Positions 34,729 to 46,160 are shown, counted from the first letter of the stretch. The stretch: DNA of 60,295 nt from Bacillales bacterium UBA7476 (GCA_002477275.1 DLOU01000046.1:25046-85340), one strand, 5' to 3'. Program-made: numbers and translations. Notes: a model not told the origin generated them from the letters alone.

Positions 34729-35862
34729 TTAATTAGTTGTCTTTTCTTCTTTTTCTTTATCTTTTTTTATAGGTTTAACTTTTTTTATTTTATTACCGAT
34801 TAACTTCATTCTCTCCGGATTTTTATCTGAAATAATGCTTGTATGAAATACAAACCATAGTATTAATACAAATAAAATTATATAAATAATTATTCCAAGT
34901 TTTTGATCTTTTATCATAAATAAAAGTGTTGCTACTGAGAATAAAATGTCTATTAAATAAATTATCAAAACTGTATTTACTTGTGAGAAATTCATTCCTA
35001 ATAATTGATGATGTAGATGTTGTTTATCTGCTTTAAATATTGGTTGCTTCTTTAACATTCTTCGTATTATTGCAAATAAAGTATCTAATATTGGTATCGC
35101 TAAAATCGCTAGTGGAACAAAGAATGAAATTAAAGCTGGTCCTTTAAACTCTAATAATGAAATAATTGCAATTATAAATCCCAGGAATGTTGAACAATCT
35201 CCTGCAAATATTTTTGCTGGATGGAAGTTAAATAGTAGAAATCCAAGTGTAGAACCTAACATCGCAAATGTTAATATCATTACTAAGCTTCCTGATCTTC
35301 CTTGATATAAACCTATAATTCCAATCGTAATGAAGAAAATTGAACATATTCCTCCACTTAATCCATCCAAACCATCAATTAGATTAATTATGTTTGCACA
35401 TGCTACTATAAATAATATAGTAAGTGGATATGCAAAAATACCAAAATCTAAATTAATACCAAATGCGGTAATATTATTAAGTGTTATATCTCCATAAAAT
35501 GTAATAACTGCTGCTGCTATTAGATGACCAATTAGTTTCTGCCATGATTTAATTGGTGAAACATCATCAGTTATTCCTGTTAAAATCATTATAAAACTTC
35601 CAATAAGGATTGAATTCATTTTTATACTTGGACTACCAAATAACATATATCCCATTAGGAAGCTTAAGAATATTCCTAATCCACCGAAGAAAGGAACTTC
35701 TTTTTTATGTATATGCCTATTTCCTTCCTCTGATCTTGGTCTATCAATTGCGCCAACATGTTTTGCAATTCTAATCATTACTGGCATCAGTACTGAAGAA
35801 AATACAAAAGTTGTTATTACTATTTTTATGGCATCTATTATATCTCTAGTCATAAACATCAT
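34729..35862 (-). CDS. polyprenyl-phosphate N-acetylhexosamine-1-phosphate transferase (MraY/WecA/TagO family)
   Basis: 377 aa with about 10 TM helices and the motif NLIDGLDGLSGG. Confidence 0.8.
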   Translation of the reverse strand: MMFMTRDIIDAIKIVITTFVFSSVLMPVMIRIAKHVGAIDRPRSEEGNRHIHKKEVPFFGGLGIFLSFLMGYMLFGSPSIKMNSILIGSFIMILTGITDDVSPIKSWQKLIGHLIAAAVITFYGDITLNNITAFGINLDFGIFAYPLTILFIVACANIINLIDGLDGLSGGICSIFFITIGIIGLYQGRSGSLVMILTFAMLGSTLGFLLFNFHPAKIFAGDCSTFLGFIIAIISLLEFKGPALISFFVPLAILAIPILDTLFAIIRRMLKKQPIFKADKQHLHHQLLGMNFSQVNTVLIIYLIDILFSVATLLFMIKDQKLGIIIYIILFVLILWFVFHTSIISDKNPERMKLIGNKIKKVKPIKKDKEKEEKTTN

Positions 35863-35899
35863 CTCTTTAGATAATTATAACAAATAATATTAATTTAGC

Positions 35900-35925
35900 A
35901 AATAAAAAGAACTATATTAGTTCTT
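35900..35925 (-). terminator. rho-independent terminator of eno
   Basis: The stem AAGAACTA/TAGTTCTT lies directly after the stop codon and is followed by TTTTTATT on the minus strand. Confidence 0.7.
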
Positions 35926-37179
<1,254 letters not shown>

Positions 37180-37232
37180 CTATAGCAGAACCTAATATGA
37201 ATATACCACTTTTTTTGTTTAAAAAAAATAGT

Positions 37233-38228
37233 TTAGACAATACTATTCAATTTCTTTACATCATTTAATAATACTTTTGTACCTTCTATAACACATGTTA
37301 ATGGGGACTGTGCGATTAATACTGGTATACTTAATTCTTCTTTTAATTTATTTTGTAATCCTTTTAGTAATGAACCTCCTCCTGTAAGTACTAAACCTTT
37401 ATCCACAATATCTGCGGATAACTCCGGAGGTGTTTTATCTAAAATATTTATTATTTCTTTTACAACTTTATTAATACTTTCTGTTAATGCTCTTTCCGTA
37501 TCTTTTTCTGTTATTCTTATAGTTGTTGGCAATCCTGTTATTAAGTTTCTTCCTTTTACTTTGTATTCTTTTTTTGCACTTGCTCTATAGCAATTAGCAA
37601 AGTTACATTTAATATCTTCTGCTGTTTTTTCTCCTATTAATGTTTCATATTTTTCTTTAATAAACTTTATTATATCTTCAGTAAATTTATTTCCAGCTAT
37701 ATTTATTGATTCGGAAATTACAATATCATTTAAGGATAGTACTGCTATATCAGTTGTTCCTCCTCCTATATCTACAACCATATTTCCTATTGCTTTATTT
37801 ATTTTAATACCTGCACCTAAAGCTGCCATTTTAGGTTCTTCCTCTAAAAATACTTTTCTTGCTCCTGTTTTTTCAGCCATCTCAACTATTGCATTTTTTT
37901 CTACTTCTGTTACACTTGATGGACAACATATTAGAACTCTCGGTTTAAAGAAAGTGCGTGATGCTTTTACTTTTTTTATAAATCTATCTATCATTATTTC
38001 TGTTAATTCAAAGTCAGCAATTACTCCATTTTTCATTGGCCTTACAATTTTAATATCTCTAGGTGTTTTTCCTATCATTTCTTTAGCACCTTTTCCTACT
38101 TCTAATACACTATTATCTTTTGTATCAATCATTACAACACTTGGTTCATTTAATACAATACCTTCTCCTTTTACATATATGAGTACATTAGCTGTTCCTA
38201 AATCTATTCCTATATCTTTATATAACAA
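37233..38228 (-). CDS. mreB: rod-shape-determining actin homologue MreB/Mbl
   Basis: 331 aa. It has GIDLGTANVLIY, DIGGGTTDIAV and LTGGGSLLKGL. Confidence 0.93.
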   Translation of the reverse strand: MLYKDIGIDLGTANVLIYVKGEGIVLNEPSVVMIDTKDNSVLEVGKGAKEMIGKTPRDIKIVRPMKNGVIADFELTEIMIDRFIKKVKASRTFFKPRVLICCPSSVTEVEKNAIVEMAEKTGARKVFLEEEPKMAALGAGIKINKAIGNMVVDIGGGTTDIAVLSLNDIVISESINIAGNKFTEDIIKFIKEKYETLIGEKTAEDIKCNFANCYRASAKKEYKVKGRNLITGLPTTIRITEKDTERALTESINKVVKEIINILDKTPPELSADIVDKGLVLTGGGSLLKGLQNKLKEELSIPVLIAQSPLTCVIEGTKVLLNDVKKLNSIV

Positions 38229-38299
38229 TTTTTACCCTCCATTCAATTTATTTATACTTAAATATATATGAAAATATTTAATTTTATGAAAAAAGAAGA

Positions 38300-38968
38300 T
38301 TATTCTTGTGCTTGATTTGAATTATCTTCTTTTTTTACTTCTTTATCAATATATTCAAGTGGATCAACTATTTGTCCTTTTATATATAGCTCAAAATGTA
38401 AGTGGTTACCCATGTCTTTATCTATTTTATTTTCTCCACTTTTTCCGATTAGTTGACCTCTTAAAACTGAATCGCCTTTTTTAACATTTACTTCTGATAA
38501 ACTTTGGTAAATACTTGTATAATTGTTATCATGTTTAATTTCTACACATTTTCCTAGTAATTCATCTTCTTTTACATTTATTACTGTTCCATCTAATATA
38601 CTTACTACATTAAATACTTCATCTTTAGTATAATCTACCCCTGAGTTTTGCATATATGTATTATCATGATAAATAAGTGAACTTTCTTGTTTTGTTTCAT
38701 CGCCTTTATAATCATAATAATATTTACTAATTTTTATATCAGTGTCGGTATATGGTTTTAAGATTGTTTCAATCTGCTGTATAACGGGTGTTTCTTCATC
38801 TATTATAGAGTCTGATACATAATTAATACTTTCACTTTCATTTTCCTGCTCTCTACTACTCTTTTCTAATAATACATTTGATACTCCTACAGTAACTAAG
38901 AAAATTCCTATAAAGAAACATGCATAAATAGTTGGTAATACCCATCCCTTCAATTTTTTTGTTTTCAT
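38300..38968 (-). CDS. membrane-anchored M23/LytM-family metallopeptidase (SpoIIQ-like architecture)
   Basis: 222 aa. It has an N-terminal TM helix and a C-terminal LytM domain with GNHLHFELY. Confidence 0.7.
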   Translation of the reverse strand: MKTKKLKGWVLPTIYACFFIGIFLVTVGVSNVLLEKSSREQENESESINYVSDSIIDEETPVIQQIETILKPYTDTDIKISKYYYDYKGDETKQESSLIYHDNTYMQNSGVDYTKDEVFNVVSILDGTVINVKEDELLGKCVEIKHDNNYTSIYQSLSEVNVKKGDSVLRGQLIGKSGENKIDKDMGNHLHFELYIKGQIVDPLEYIDKEVKKEDNSNQAQE

Positions 38969-39020
38969 TTTTTCACCTCATTATAAGTTTTCTCAACTTT
39001 GAGGTTTTTATTCATTTTTT

Positions 39021-39215
39021 TTAAATTTTTGTACTAAGGAAAAAATCCCATAAAAAATTGGTTACTGGATATATAATTGAAAGAGCAATTAATAAATACA
39101 TTACTCTTGCCTGTACTACTCGATTTTTTTTAAATATTTGATTTATATTAATTGATTCTAAACACCATACCACTAGAACTGTTACTAAAACATATAATAT
39201 TGCTTTAGCACTCAT
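39021..39215 (-). CDS. DUF1146 (YwzB-like) small membrane protein
   Basis: 64 aa with two TM helices. It overlaps the rpiB stop by 11 nt. Confidence 0.55.
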   Translation of the reverse strand: MSAKAILYVLVTVLVVWCLESININQIFKKNRVVQARVMYLLIALSIIYPVTNFLWDFFLSTKI

Positions 39216-39648
39216 GTTCTTCCTCGTATTTTGTAATTTTATTTATTCTTCTTTGATGTCTTTCATCATTAGAGAATGGTGTTTCTAAAAATGTTCTTAC
39301 TATTTCTAGTGCTTCTTCTTGTGGTACTTCTGCTGATAAAGCAACTACATTTGAATCATTATCATTTCTTGTGTATTTTGCTTCTTCTTTGTTTGATACT
39401 TTTGCACATCTTATTCCTTTTACTTTATTGCACGCAATTGATATACCTATTCCTGATCCACATATTGCAATTCCTTTTTCCACATCTTTTGTGGATACTT
39501 TTTCTGAAAGAGCTATTCCATAATCTGGATAGTCTGCACTTTCTTCACTGTTTGTTCCAAAATCAATTATTTCATATTCTTTTAAATTTTCTTTTAAATA
39601 TTCTTTTAATTTGTAACCTCTATGGTCTGAAGCTATTCCTATTTTCAT
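39205..39648 (-). CDS. rpiB: ribose-5-phosphate isomerase B
   Basis: 147 aa. It has MKIGIASDHRGYKLKEYL and ICGSGIGISIACNKVKGIRCA. Confidence 0.9.
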   Translation of the reverse strand: MKIGIASDHRGYKLKEYLKENLKEYEIIDFGTNSEESADYPDYGIALSEKVSTKDVEKGIAICGSGIGISIACNKVKGIRCAKVSNKEEAKYTRNDNDSNVVALSAEVPQEEALEIVRTFLETPFSNDERHQRRINKITKYEEEHEC

Positions 39649-39681
39649 TTTTTACCTTCTTTCTAATATTAGTATAACAAA

Positions 39682-39732
39682 ATATCCACAAAAATTGTGG
39701 ATATTTATTTTTTGTTGACATTTTTATCCACA
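39682..39732. promoter_or_regulatory. cluster of three DnaA-box-like 9-mers
   Basis: ATATCCACA lies at 39682-39690. Its inverted partner TGTGGATAT lies at 39696-39704. A perfect TTATCCACA lies at 39724-39732. The first two together form a 23-bp palindrome over the rpiB promoter region, where TGTTATACT is at 39671-39679 on the minus strand. Confidence 0.4.
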
Positions 39733-39788
39733 AAAGTTGTTGATTTTTATTTCTTATTATAATAATATTAGAATGAGGTGGCATATAT

Positions 39789-39956
39789 ATGGAATTATTT
39801 ATACAAGGTGAGTTATTTTTAAGAAAAAGAAGAGATGCTCTTAAAACTATTAAAATTACTCCTGAAATGTTTGAAAATTTTGATCCTGATAACATAAATG
39901 ATTTTTTTACTCATGCAATTAATTTTGGTGAAACTACATATATATATATCAATTAG
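39789..39956 (+). CDS. 55-aa ORF, probably the 5' part of a gene split from the next ORF at an (AT)6 tract
   Basis: Absent from the ORF track. RBS GAGGTGG lies 7 nt upstream. The peptide is MELFIQGELFLRKRRDALKTIKITPEMFENFDPDNINDFFTHAINFGETTYIYIN. The stop is 2 nt before the next ATG. Confidence 0.45.
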   Translation: MELFIQGELFLRKRRDALKTIKITPEMFENFDPDNINDFFTHAINFGETTYIYIN

Positions 39957-39958
39957 TT

Positions 39959-40408
39959 ATGACAGAAACTGGACCTAAAATGAGATATAGAAATATTGAT
40001 GGTAGAATGAGTCCTCTTACTTCTGTTACTTTTGAGGAGATTGAAAATAATTATATTTCCCTTTCTGATTTTTTCAAAGAGAGTAATTTTATTGGTAGAC
40101 AGGCAAAAATAACAACTAATTATCATGATCCTGGTAAGTATGATGATAGATTGTTATTATATAAAGGTTATGGTCATGTTTTAACTTATGATTATACTAG
40201 AACTGATGCTTTATTTAAAAAGAAGATTCCAATACAAATATATGATGCTGATCATATTTCAAAAATTGAACTTTCAAATAATAAAATGGATTTATATAGT
40301 AATCCGGGTGATTTATATTTTAAACTATATAAAGAAATAATAAATGAAACTAAAGAAATGAAAAAGAAACAAGATAAGGAAAATGGTAATAATAATGCAA
40401 AAAAATAA
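39959..40408 (+). CDS. hypothetical protein (149 aa), Lys/Asn-rich tail
   Basis: Clean ORF. No motif recognised. Confidence 0.45.
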   Translation: MTETGPKMRYRNIDGRMSPLTSVTFEEIENNYISLSDFFKESNFIGRQAKITTNYHDPGKYDDRLLLYKGYGHVLTYDYTRTDALFKKKIPIQIYDADHISKIELSNNKMDLYSNPGDLYFKLYKEIINETKEMKKKQDKENGNNNAKK

Positions 40409-40436
40409 CTAGTTTATTATAACTAGTTATTTTTTT
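40401..40436. terminator. bidirectional terminator AACTAGTT-tattat-AACTAGTT with flanking A and T runs
   Basis: An 8-bp self-complementary stem lies between the convergent 149-aa ORF and rpmE. Confidence 0.7.
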
Positions 40437-40437
40437 A

Positions 40438-40653
40438 TTAAGCTTCTTCTTTTGTAGTGAATCCGTATTTTTTGTTGAATTTATCAACACGTCCTGCACG
40501 TGATGCTCTTCCTTGTTTTCCAGTATAGAATGGATGACATTTTGAACAAACTTCAACTACTATTTCTTCTTTTGTTGATTTAGTTGTAAAAGTTTCTCCA
40601 CAAGCGCAAGTAACTTTTGATTCTTTATAATCTGGATGTATTCCCTTTTTCAT
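40438..40653 (-). CDS. rpmE: 50S ribosomal protein L31 (zinc-binding type)
   Basis: [22 protein letters not shown]...[13 protein letters not shown]. The start at 40653 lies behind GGAGAG. The track ORF extends 7 codons further upstream. Confidence 0.93.
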   Translation of the reverse strand: MKKGIHPDYKESKVTCACGETFTTKSTKEEIVVEVCSKCHPFYTGKQGRASRAGRVDKFNKKYGFTTKEEA

Positions 40654-40758
40654 TTCTGTCTCTCCTTCCGCCATGACTCAATTTAAGTCATAGTAATTAA
40701 TAGCGAATTTATTATAACAAGTATTTTTAGATATATCAAGCTTTTTTTTATATTTTAC

Positions 40759-41487
40759 CTATTTTGATTGTGTAAAATTATAATCTTCTATTATTATTTT
40801 TGATATTTTTTTATATCCATTAGTATTTGGATATAAACTATTTTTTAATTCAAAGTCTTCAGAAGAAAATATATTATTTGTATTTATAAAAACTATATTT
40901 TCTATAGGAATTTCTTTATATTTATTATTAAGTTTTCTTATTAAAGAGTTATATTTATTACTATTTTCTGGATATCCAATTATATATATTTTTCTTTTTG
41001 TATATAGTCTAATATTATTAAGTAATTCTAAAAAATTATTGTATACATAGTCTACTATTTTATTTTCTTCATACTCTGATATATTGTCATTATTAATAAT
41101 ATTATATTCGTAGATTATATCATTTAGTCCTACAGATATTGTTATTATATCTGCATCTTGAAGTGACTTTTTTATATTTAAACTATTTCTGTCTAATATA
41201 TATGTATTATTTTCAAGTATATCATTTTTTATTGTTTTTATATCTTTATTCTTACTTGTATAAAAATCTATAAAGTTTACTTCACCTTTTTTTTCTAAAT
41301 AATCTTTAAAGTAGTCTTCATATCCATAACCTACTCCTCCATATGAATTTATTCCCATTGAAAAAGAATCACCAAGAGTTAGGTATGTAACCTTATTGTT
41401 GTTTTCTGTTTTATAAACAATTATTACGGATAAAGATATTATTATTAATACTAATAACTTAGTAAGTTTTTTCACATGTTCCTCCAA
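40759..41487 (-). CDS. SGNH/GDSL-family hydrolase, membrane-anchored
   Basis: 242 aa. It has an N-terminal TM helix, LTLGDSFS (block I) and SVGLNDI (block III). Confidence 0.7.
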   Translation of the reverse strand: MEEHVKKLTKLLVLIIISLSVIIVYKTENNNKVTYLTLGDSFSMGINSYGGVGYGYEDYFKDYLEKKGEVNFIDFYTSKNKDIKTIKNDILENNTYILDRNSLNIKKSLQDADIITISVGLNDIIYEYNIINNDNISEYEENKIVDYVYNNFLELLNNIRLYTKRKIYIIGYPENSNKYNSLIRKLNNKYKEIPIENIVFINTNNIFSSEDFELKNSLYPNTNGYKKISKIIIEDYNFTQSK

Positions 41488-41508
41488 AATAAAAAGAGTC
41501 TTTATTTA

Positions 41509-42762
41509 TTATATTTCTCGACTCTCTATTTTAGCACCTACATCTGTTAACTTCTGAACAATATTTTCATATCCTCTTAAAATATGTTCAACATTTGTTA
41601 TCATTGTTTTTCCTTCTGCTGATAGAGCTGCTGCAACCATTGCTGCTCCTGCTCTTAAATCTGTTGCAACTACTTCTGTTCCAGTTAATTTTGTTGGACC
41701 TAATACTGTTGCTGTTTGATTTTTTATTGTAATATCTGCTCCCATTTGTACAAGATATGGTATATGCATAAATCTATTTTCCCATATTGTCTCGGTTACT
41801 TTTGATTTTCCTGGACACTTTGTTAATAAAACTGTAAATGGTTGTTGAAGATCTGTTGGAAAACCTGGGTATACAGCTGTTTTTATTGATGTATTTCTAT
41901 ATTTATCTTTTTTACTTACAATTATATAATCTGTTCCTATTTCAAGATTTGCTCCCATTTCAAGCATTTTAGAAGTTAATGATTCTATATGCTCTGGAAT
42001 TATATTATCAATCTTTAAGTTTTCTCCACATAAAGCACCAATTATTAAGTATGTGCCTGCTTCAATTCTATCTGGTATTACTTCATGGAAACATCCTTTT
42101 AATCTTTGAACTCCTGTTATTTTAATTGTGGAAGTTCCTGCTCCAGTAATTCTAGCACCCATATTATTTAGGAATGTTGCTATGTTAACTATTTCTGGTT
42201 CTTTTGCAGCATTTTCTATTACAGTTTTTCCTTCTGCTTTTACTGCAGCAAGCATAATATTTATTGTTGCTCCAACTGATGCTATGTCTAGATATATATG
42301 TGAGCCTTTTAATCTTTCTGCTTCAATTATATATTTATTTCCTTCTACAGAAACAGTTGCTCCTAATGCTTCAAATCCCTTAAGGTGTTGATCAATTGGT
42401 CTTGTTCCTATTGAACATCCTCCTGGGAAATACATTACTGCTTTTTTATATTTTCCTAATAATGCACCCATAAAATAATATGATGCTCTTAGTTTCTTAG
42501 AAAATTCTTCACTAATTTCTTTATTTTCTAGGTTCTTTGGATTTATTACTATGCTTTCGCTTGCTCTTTTATTTTCAACATTTAAATAATTAAGGATTTC
42601 ACATAAATTATCTGTATCTGATATTTCTGGAACATTACAAATTGTTACTTCTTCATCAGAAAGAATAGCTGCAGGTATTAGTGCAACACAACTATTTTTT
42701 GCTCCTCCGATTCTTATTGTACCTGATAATGTAGAGCCTCCTACTATTTCTAAAATCTTCAT
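41509..42762 (-). CDS. murA: UDP-N-acetylglucosamine 1-carboxyvinyltransferase
   Basis: 417 aa. It has RIGGAKNS, the active-site Cys in PGGCSIGTRPID, and FPTDLQ. Confidence 0.95.
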   Translation of the reverse strand: MKILEIVGGSTLSGTIRIGGAKNSCVALIPAAILSDEEVTICNVPEISDTDNLCEILNYLNVENKRASESIVINPKNLENKEISEEFSKKLRASYYFMGALLGKYKKAVMYFPGGCSIGTRPIDQHLKGFEALGATVSVEGNKYIIEAERLKGSHIYLDIASVGATINIMLAAVKAEGKTVIENAAKEPEIVNIATFLNNMGARITGAGTSTIKITGVQRLKGCFHEVIPDRIEAGTYLIIGALCGENLKIDNIIPEHIESLTSKMLEMGANLEIGTDYIIVSKKDKYRNTSIKTAVYPGFPTDLQQPFTVLLTKCPGKSKVTETIWENRFMHIPYLVQMGADITIKNQTATVLGPTKLTGTEVVATDLRAGAAMVAAALSAEGKTMITNVEHILRGYENIVQKLTDVGAKIESREI

Positions 42763-42808
42763 AACTTCACCATCTTTTATTATATTCTATTATTAAATCT
42801 TAAAATAG

Positions 42809-43642
42809 TCACATCTTTGTATTAAACAAATTTACTAATTCTTCGATTTTTTTATTCATTTCTTCTTTTCCACTTAGAATTATTTTTCTCGGATCATATA
42901 CTTCTTTGTTATTTTCTAGAAAGTTTGTTAATCCTTTTTTCCAAGCTATTTGTAAATCAGTATTAATATTTACTTTGGATATTCCATGTTTTATTAACTT
43001 CTCAAAGTCCTCGTGTGATATCCCACTTCCTCCATGTAATACTAAAGGAATACTAATTTCTCTTTTTATTTCATCTAATAGTTCATAATTTAGTCTTGGT
43101 TTTTCTAAATATATTCCATGCGCATTTCCTATAGCAGGAGCTAATGCATCAATACCAGTTTCCTTGTATAACCTTATACAATCATTAATATCTGCATAAA
43201 TATTCTCGCTATCAGTAGTTAATCCAATACTTCCTACTTCTGCTTCAACACTTATACCTCTTTGATGAGCATATTCTACTACTTCTTTTGTTATTTTTAT
43301 ATTCTCATCTATTTTATATTTTGAAGCATCTATCATTACTGATGTAAAACCATTATTAATAGCATTAATACAATCTTCTTTTGTACCATGGTCAACATGT
43401 AAACATACTGGTATTGTTATATTCATTTCTTTTATTAAAGATCCTACCATATTTGAGCAAACAAACCATCCACCCATGTATTTGGATGCTGAACTACTAA
43501 CTCCTAAAATAACGGGTATTTTTAAATCTTCACACTTTTCTAAGATTATCTTTGTCCATTCTAAATTATTTATATTAAAATGTGGGATAGCATAGTTTCC
43601 TTCTTTTGCCTTATTTAACATATCTATAAAGTTAACTAACAT
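42809..43642 (-). CDS. fba: class II fructose-1,6-bisphosphate aldolase
   Basis: 277 aa. It has CLHVDHG, LVLHGGSG and NINTDLQ. Confidence 0.9.
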   Translation of the reverse strand: MLVNFIDMLNKAKEGNYAIPHFNINNLEWTKIILEKCEDLKIPVILGVSSSASKYMGGWFVCSNMVGSLIKEMNITIPVCLHVDHGTKEDCINAINNGFTSVMIDASKYKIDENIKITKEVVEYAHQRGISVEAEVGSIGLTTDSENIYADINDCIRLYKETGIDALAPAIGNAHGIYLEKPRLNYELLDEIKREISIPLVLHGGSGISHEDFEKLIKHGISKVNINTDLQIAWKKGLTNFLENNKEVYDPRKIILSGKEEMNKKIEELVNLFNTKM

Positions 43643-43708
43643 CTATATCACCTAATTTATCGTATTATATTAAAACCTTTTTGTCAATAATTCTTAGATT
43701 TTATGGTG

Positions 43709-44233
43709 TCAAAAGTGATATTTCTGTAAAATTTCTTTTACTAAAAATTTATATTCAACTTCTTCATCTTTTTCTTTTTCTAAATTACATAGTGGTGGAA
43801 ATAATACACACCAAAAATTTTTTCCATTTCCTTCTCCTAAAGTTACTACTAATGACTCATAATTTCCACTTTTATAAACAACATCTTTATATTCTTTTTC
43901 AGGGAAATAATTGTTACCATAATTAATTGTGTAGGAAATGTTCTTGTTTTCTTTGTCTAATGTCTTTTTTATACTATTTTCAAATGTTGGAATATTTTTA
44001 TTAAGAGCTAGTCTTGAATCATTTATATTATTTTTTCCTTTTAATACCTTTTGTAAATCTTTTTCTAAAGATTCTTTTACTTTCATTTTAATTTCCTGAT
44101 CTTCTTTACTATTACTGCTCGCTATTACTCTAAATCTAATTGCTTCTTTTGGTATTTCTATTTTTTCACTTTTATAGTCATTTAATATTGATATAGTTGT
44201 AAGTATTGTTATTAACGCTAGAATTTTTTTCAT
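43709..44233 (-). CDS. spoIIR: stage II sporulation protein R
   Basis: IRFRVIASSNSKEDQEIKMKVK and NFWCVLFPPLC. The start MKKILAL lies behind AAAGGTGGA. The track start is 44251. Confidence 0.8.
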   Translation of the reverse strand: MKKILALITILTTISILNDYKSEKIEIPKEAIRFRVIASSNSKEDQEIKMKVKESLEKDLQKVLKGKNNINDSRLALNKNIPTFENSIKKTLDKENKNISYTINYGNNYFPEKEYKDVVYKSGNYESLVVTLGEGNGKNFWCVLFPPLCNLEKEKDEEVEYKFLVKEILQKYHF

Positions 44234-44277
44234 AAAAAATCCACCTTTCATCTTTATAAAGGGTGGATTATATTTTT

Positions 44278-45102
44278 TTATTCAACTTTTGTTATAAAAA
44301 CCATTCTATCTCTTCCTTGAAGATCTTTTTCTACTTCTATAATATTATTTCCAAGAAAGTAATTAGACATATTAATAATACTTGGAGCTTGATACATACC
44401 TATTTCAAGAGATATTAAGTATGCGTTATTTAGATGTCTTTTTATATCTTTAAATATCTTTTTATAACAATCAAGCCCATCTTTTCCAGCATATAATGCT
44501 AGATGTGGTTCATTGTTTTTTACAATATCTTCTATTTCTTCATTTTCCATGATATATGGTGGATTACTAATTATTACATCATATGTATCATATACATTTT
44601 CAAATACATCACTTTCTATGAATTTAACATCTACATTTAAGTTTTCAGCATTTTCTTTTGCGACTTCTAAAGCCTCTTTTGATATATCTAAAAGTGTTAC
44701 CTCACTATTTGGTAAATGTTTCTTTAATGTAATACCAATTACTCCACTACCACAACCAATATCAAGAATTTTAAGATTGTCTTTCTTAAAAGTTTTTCTT
44801 ATTCTTTCAAGTGTTTTCTCTACTAATTCTTCTGTTTCAAATCTTGGAATTAAGACATTTTTATTTACTTTAAATTCATTTTTATAAAAGTTTACTTTTC
44901 CTAATACATATTGTAATGGTTCATTGTTTTTTAATGCTTCTACTTCTTCTAAAAATAGTTTTCTTTTACCTTCTTCTACTTCTTCATCTAAATATAGAAA
45001 TAGTTCTAATGGATTTTTATTTAGTAAATCAGCTAATAATAGTTTTGCGTGATCTGAATGAATTTTGGATTTAGCTTCTACTAGAAGTTCTTCAACTGTC
45101 AT
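44278..45102 (-). CDS. prmC: release-factor glutamine N5-methyltransferase
   Basis: 274 aa. It has LDIGCGSGVIG and ISNPPYI. The start overlaps the prfA stop. Confidence 0.92.
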   Translation of the reverse strand: MTVEELLVEAKSKIHSDHAKLLLADLLNKNPLELFLYLDEEVEEGKRKLFLEEVEALKNNEPLQYVLGKVNFYKNEFKVNKNVLIPRFETEELVEKTLERIRKTFKKDNLKILDIGCGSGVIGITLKKHLPNSEVTLLDISKEALEVAKENAENLNVDVKFIESDVFENVYDTYDVIISNPPYIMENEEIEDIVKNNEPHLALYAGKDGLDCYKKIFKDIKRHLNNAYLISLEIGMYQAPSIINMSNYFLGNNIIEVEKDLQGRDRMVFITKVE

Positions 45103-46160
45103 TATTCTTCTCCAGCTAGTTTTCTTTTTTGATCTTCTGTAATTAATGCTTCAATTATATCGTCTAAGTCACCATTCATAACTCTATCAAGATTTTTTGT
45201 TGTAAATCCTATTCTATGATCAGTTACTCTGTTTTGAGGATAGTTATAAGTACGGATTTTTTCTGCTCTATCTCCTGTACCTATCTTACTTTTTCTCATA
45301 TTTCCGTCTTCTTCTTCTTTTTTTCTTACTTCAAGCTCATAAAGTCTACTTCTTAATACTTTCATAGCTTGTTCTTTATTTTGAATTTGACTTCTTTCAT
45401 TTTGACAAGTAACAACTGTATTTGTTGGTAAGTGAGTTATTCTTACTGCTGAATCTGTTGTATTTACTCCTTGTCCACCACATCCACTTGATCTATAGAT
45501 ATCAATACGTAAATCTTGTGGTCTTATTTCAATATCAACTTCTTCTTGTTCTGGCATGACAAGTACTGTTGCTGTAGAAGTTTGTAAGCGTCCATTTGAT
45601 TCTGTTACAGGAACTCTTTGTACTCTATGTGATCCACTTTCGTATTTGAATTTACTATAGGCACCTTCTCCTTTTATCATAAATTCAATTTGACTAAATC
45701 CTCCAGCTTCACCATCTACTGAGTTATATACTTCATACTTAAATCCTTGTTTTTCTGCATATCTTGTATACATTCTAAATAAGTCTCCAGCAAAAATATT
45801 AGCTTCGTCTCCTCCAGCAGCTCCTCTTATTTCTACGATTACATCTTTTGAATCGTTAGGATCCTTTGGTATCAATAATATTTCTATTTTTTCTTCTAAA
45901 GCTATTTTTTCTTCTTCTAAACTTGTTAATTCTTCTCTTGCCATTTCTTCCATTTCTGGATCTTTAATCATTTCTTTTGTATCTTCTATATCTGTTAATA
46001 CTTTTTTATATTGTTTATAGCAATTTACTGTTTCTTCTAAGTCTCTTATTTCTTTTGAAAGTGAAGTTGTTTTCTTTATATCGCTTAGTACTTCTGGTTT
46101 AGTTAGTTCTTCATTTAACTCATTATATTTACTTTCAATTGCTTCTAATCGTTCTAACAT
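45102..46160 (-). CDS. prfA: peptide chain release factor 1
   Basis: 352 aa. It has the GGQ motif in [16 protein letters not shown] and a PVT-type anticodon loop (RVPVTES). Confidence 0.96.
   Translation of the reverse strand: MLERLEAIESKYNELNEELTKPEVLSDIKKTTSLSKEIRDLEETVNCYKQYKKVLTDIEDTKEMIKDPEMEEMAREELTSLEEEKIALEEKIEILLIPKDPNDSKDVIVEIRGAAGGDEANIFAGDLFRMYTRYAEKQGFKYEVYNSVDGEAGGFSQIEFMIKGEGAYSKFKYESGSHRVQRVPVTESNGRLQTSTATVLVMPEQEEVDIEIRPQDLRIDIYRSSGCGGQGVNTTDSAVRITHLPTNTVVTCQNERSQIQNKEQAMKVLRSRLYELEVRKKEEEDGNMRKSKIGTGDRAEKIRTYNYPQNRVTDHRIGFTTKNLDRVMNGDLDDIIEALITEDQKRKLAGEE

Noticed and set aside
39649-39788. Possible chromosomal origin (oriC), because of the DnaA boxes
   Set aside because: There are only three boxes, dnaA and dnaN are not adjacent, and I could not define an obvious AT-rich 13-mer/DUE array. 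I treated it as a secondary DnaA-box cluster at most.
39620-39895. 91-aa minus-strand ORF spanning the rpiB promoter region
   Set aside because: It overlaps the DnaA-box/promoter region and the better-supported plus-strand 55-aa ORF, which has an RBS. Its composition is typical of a shadow frame.
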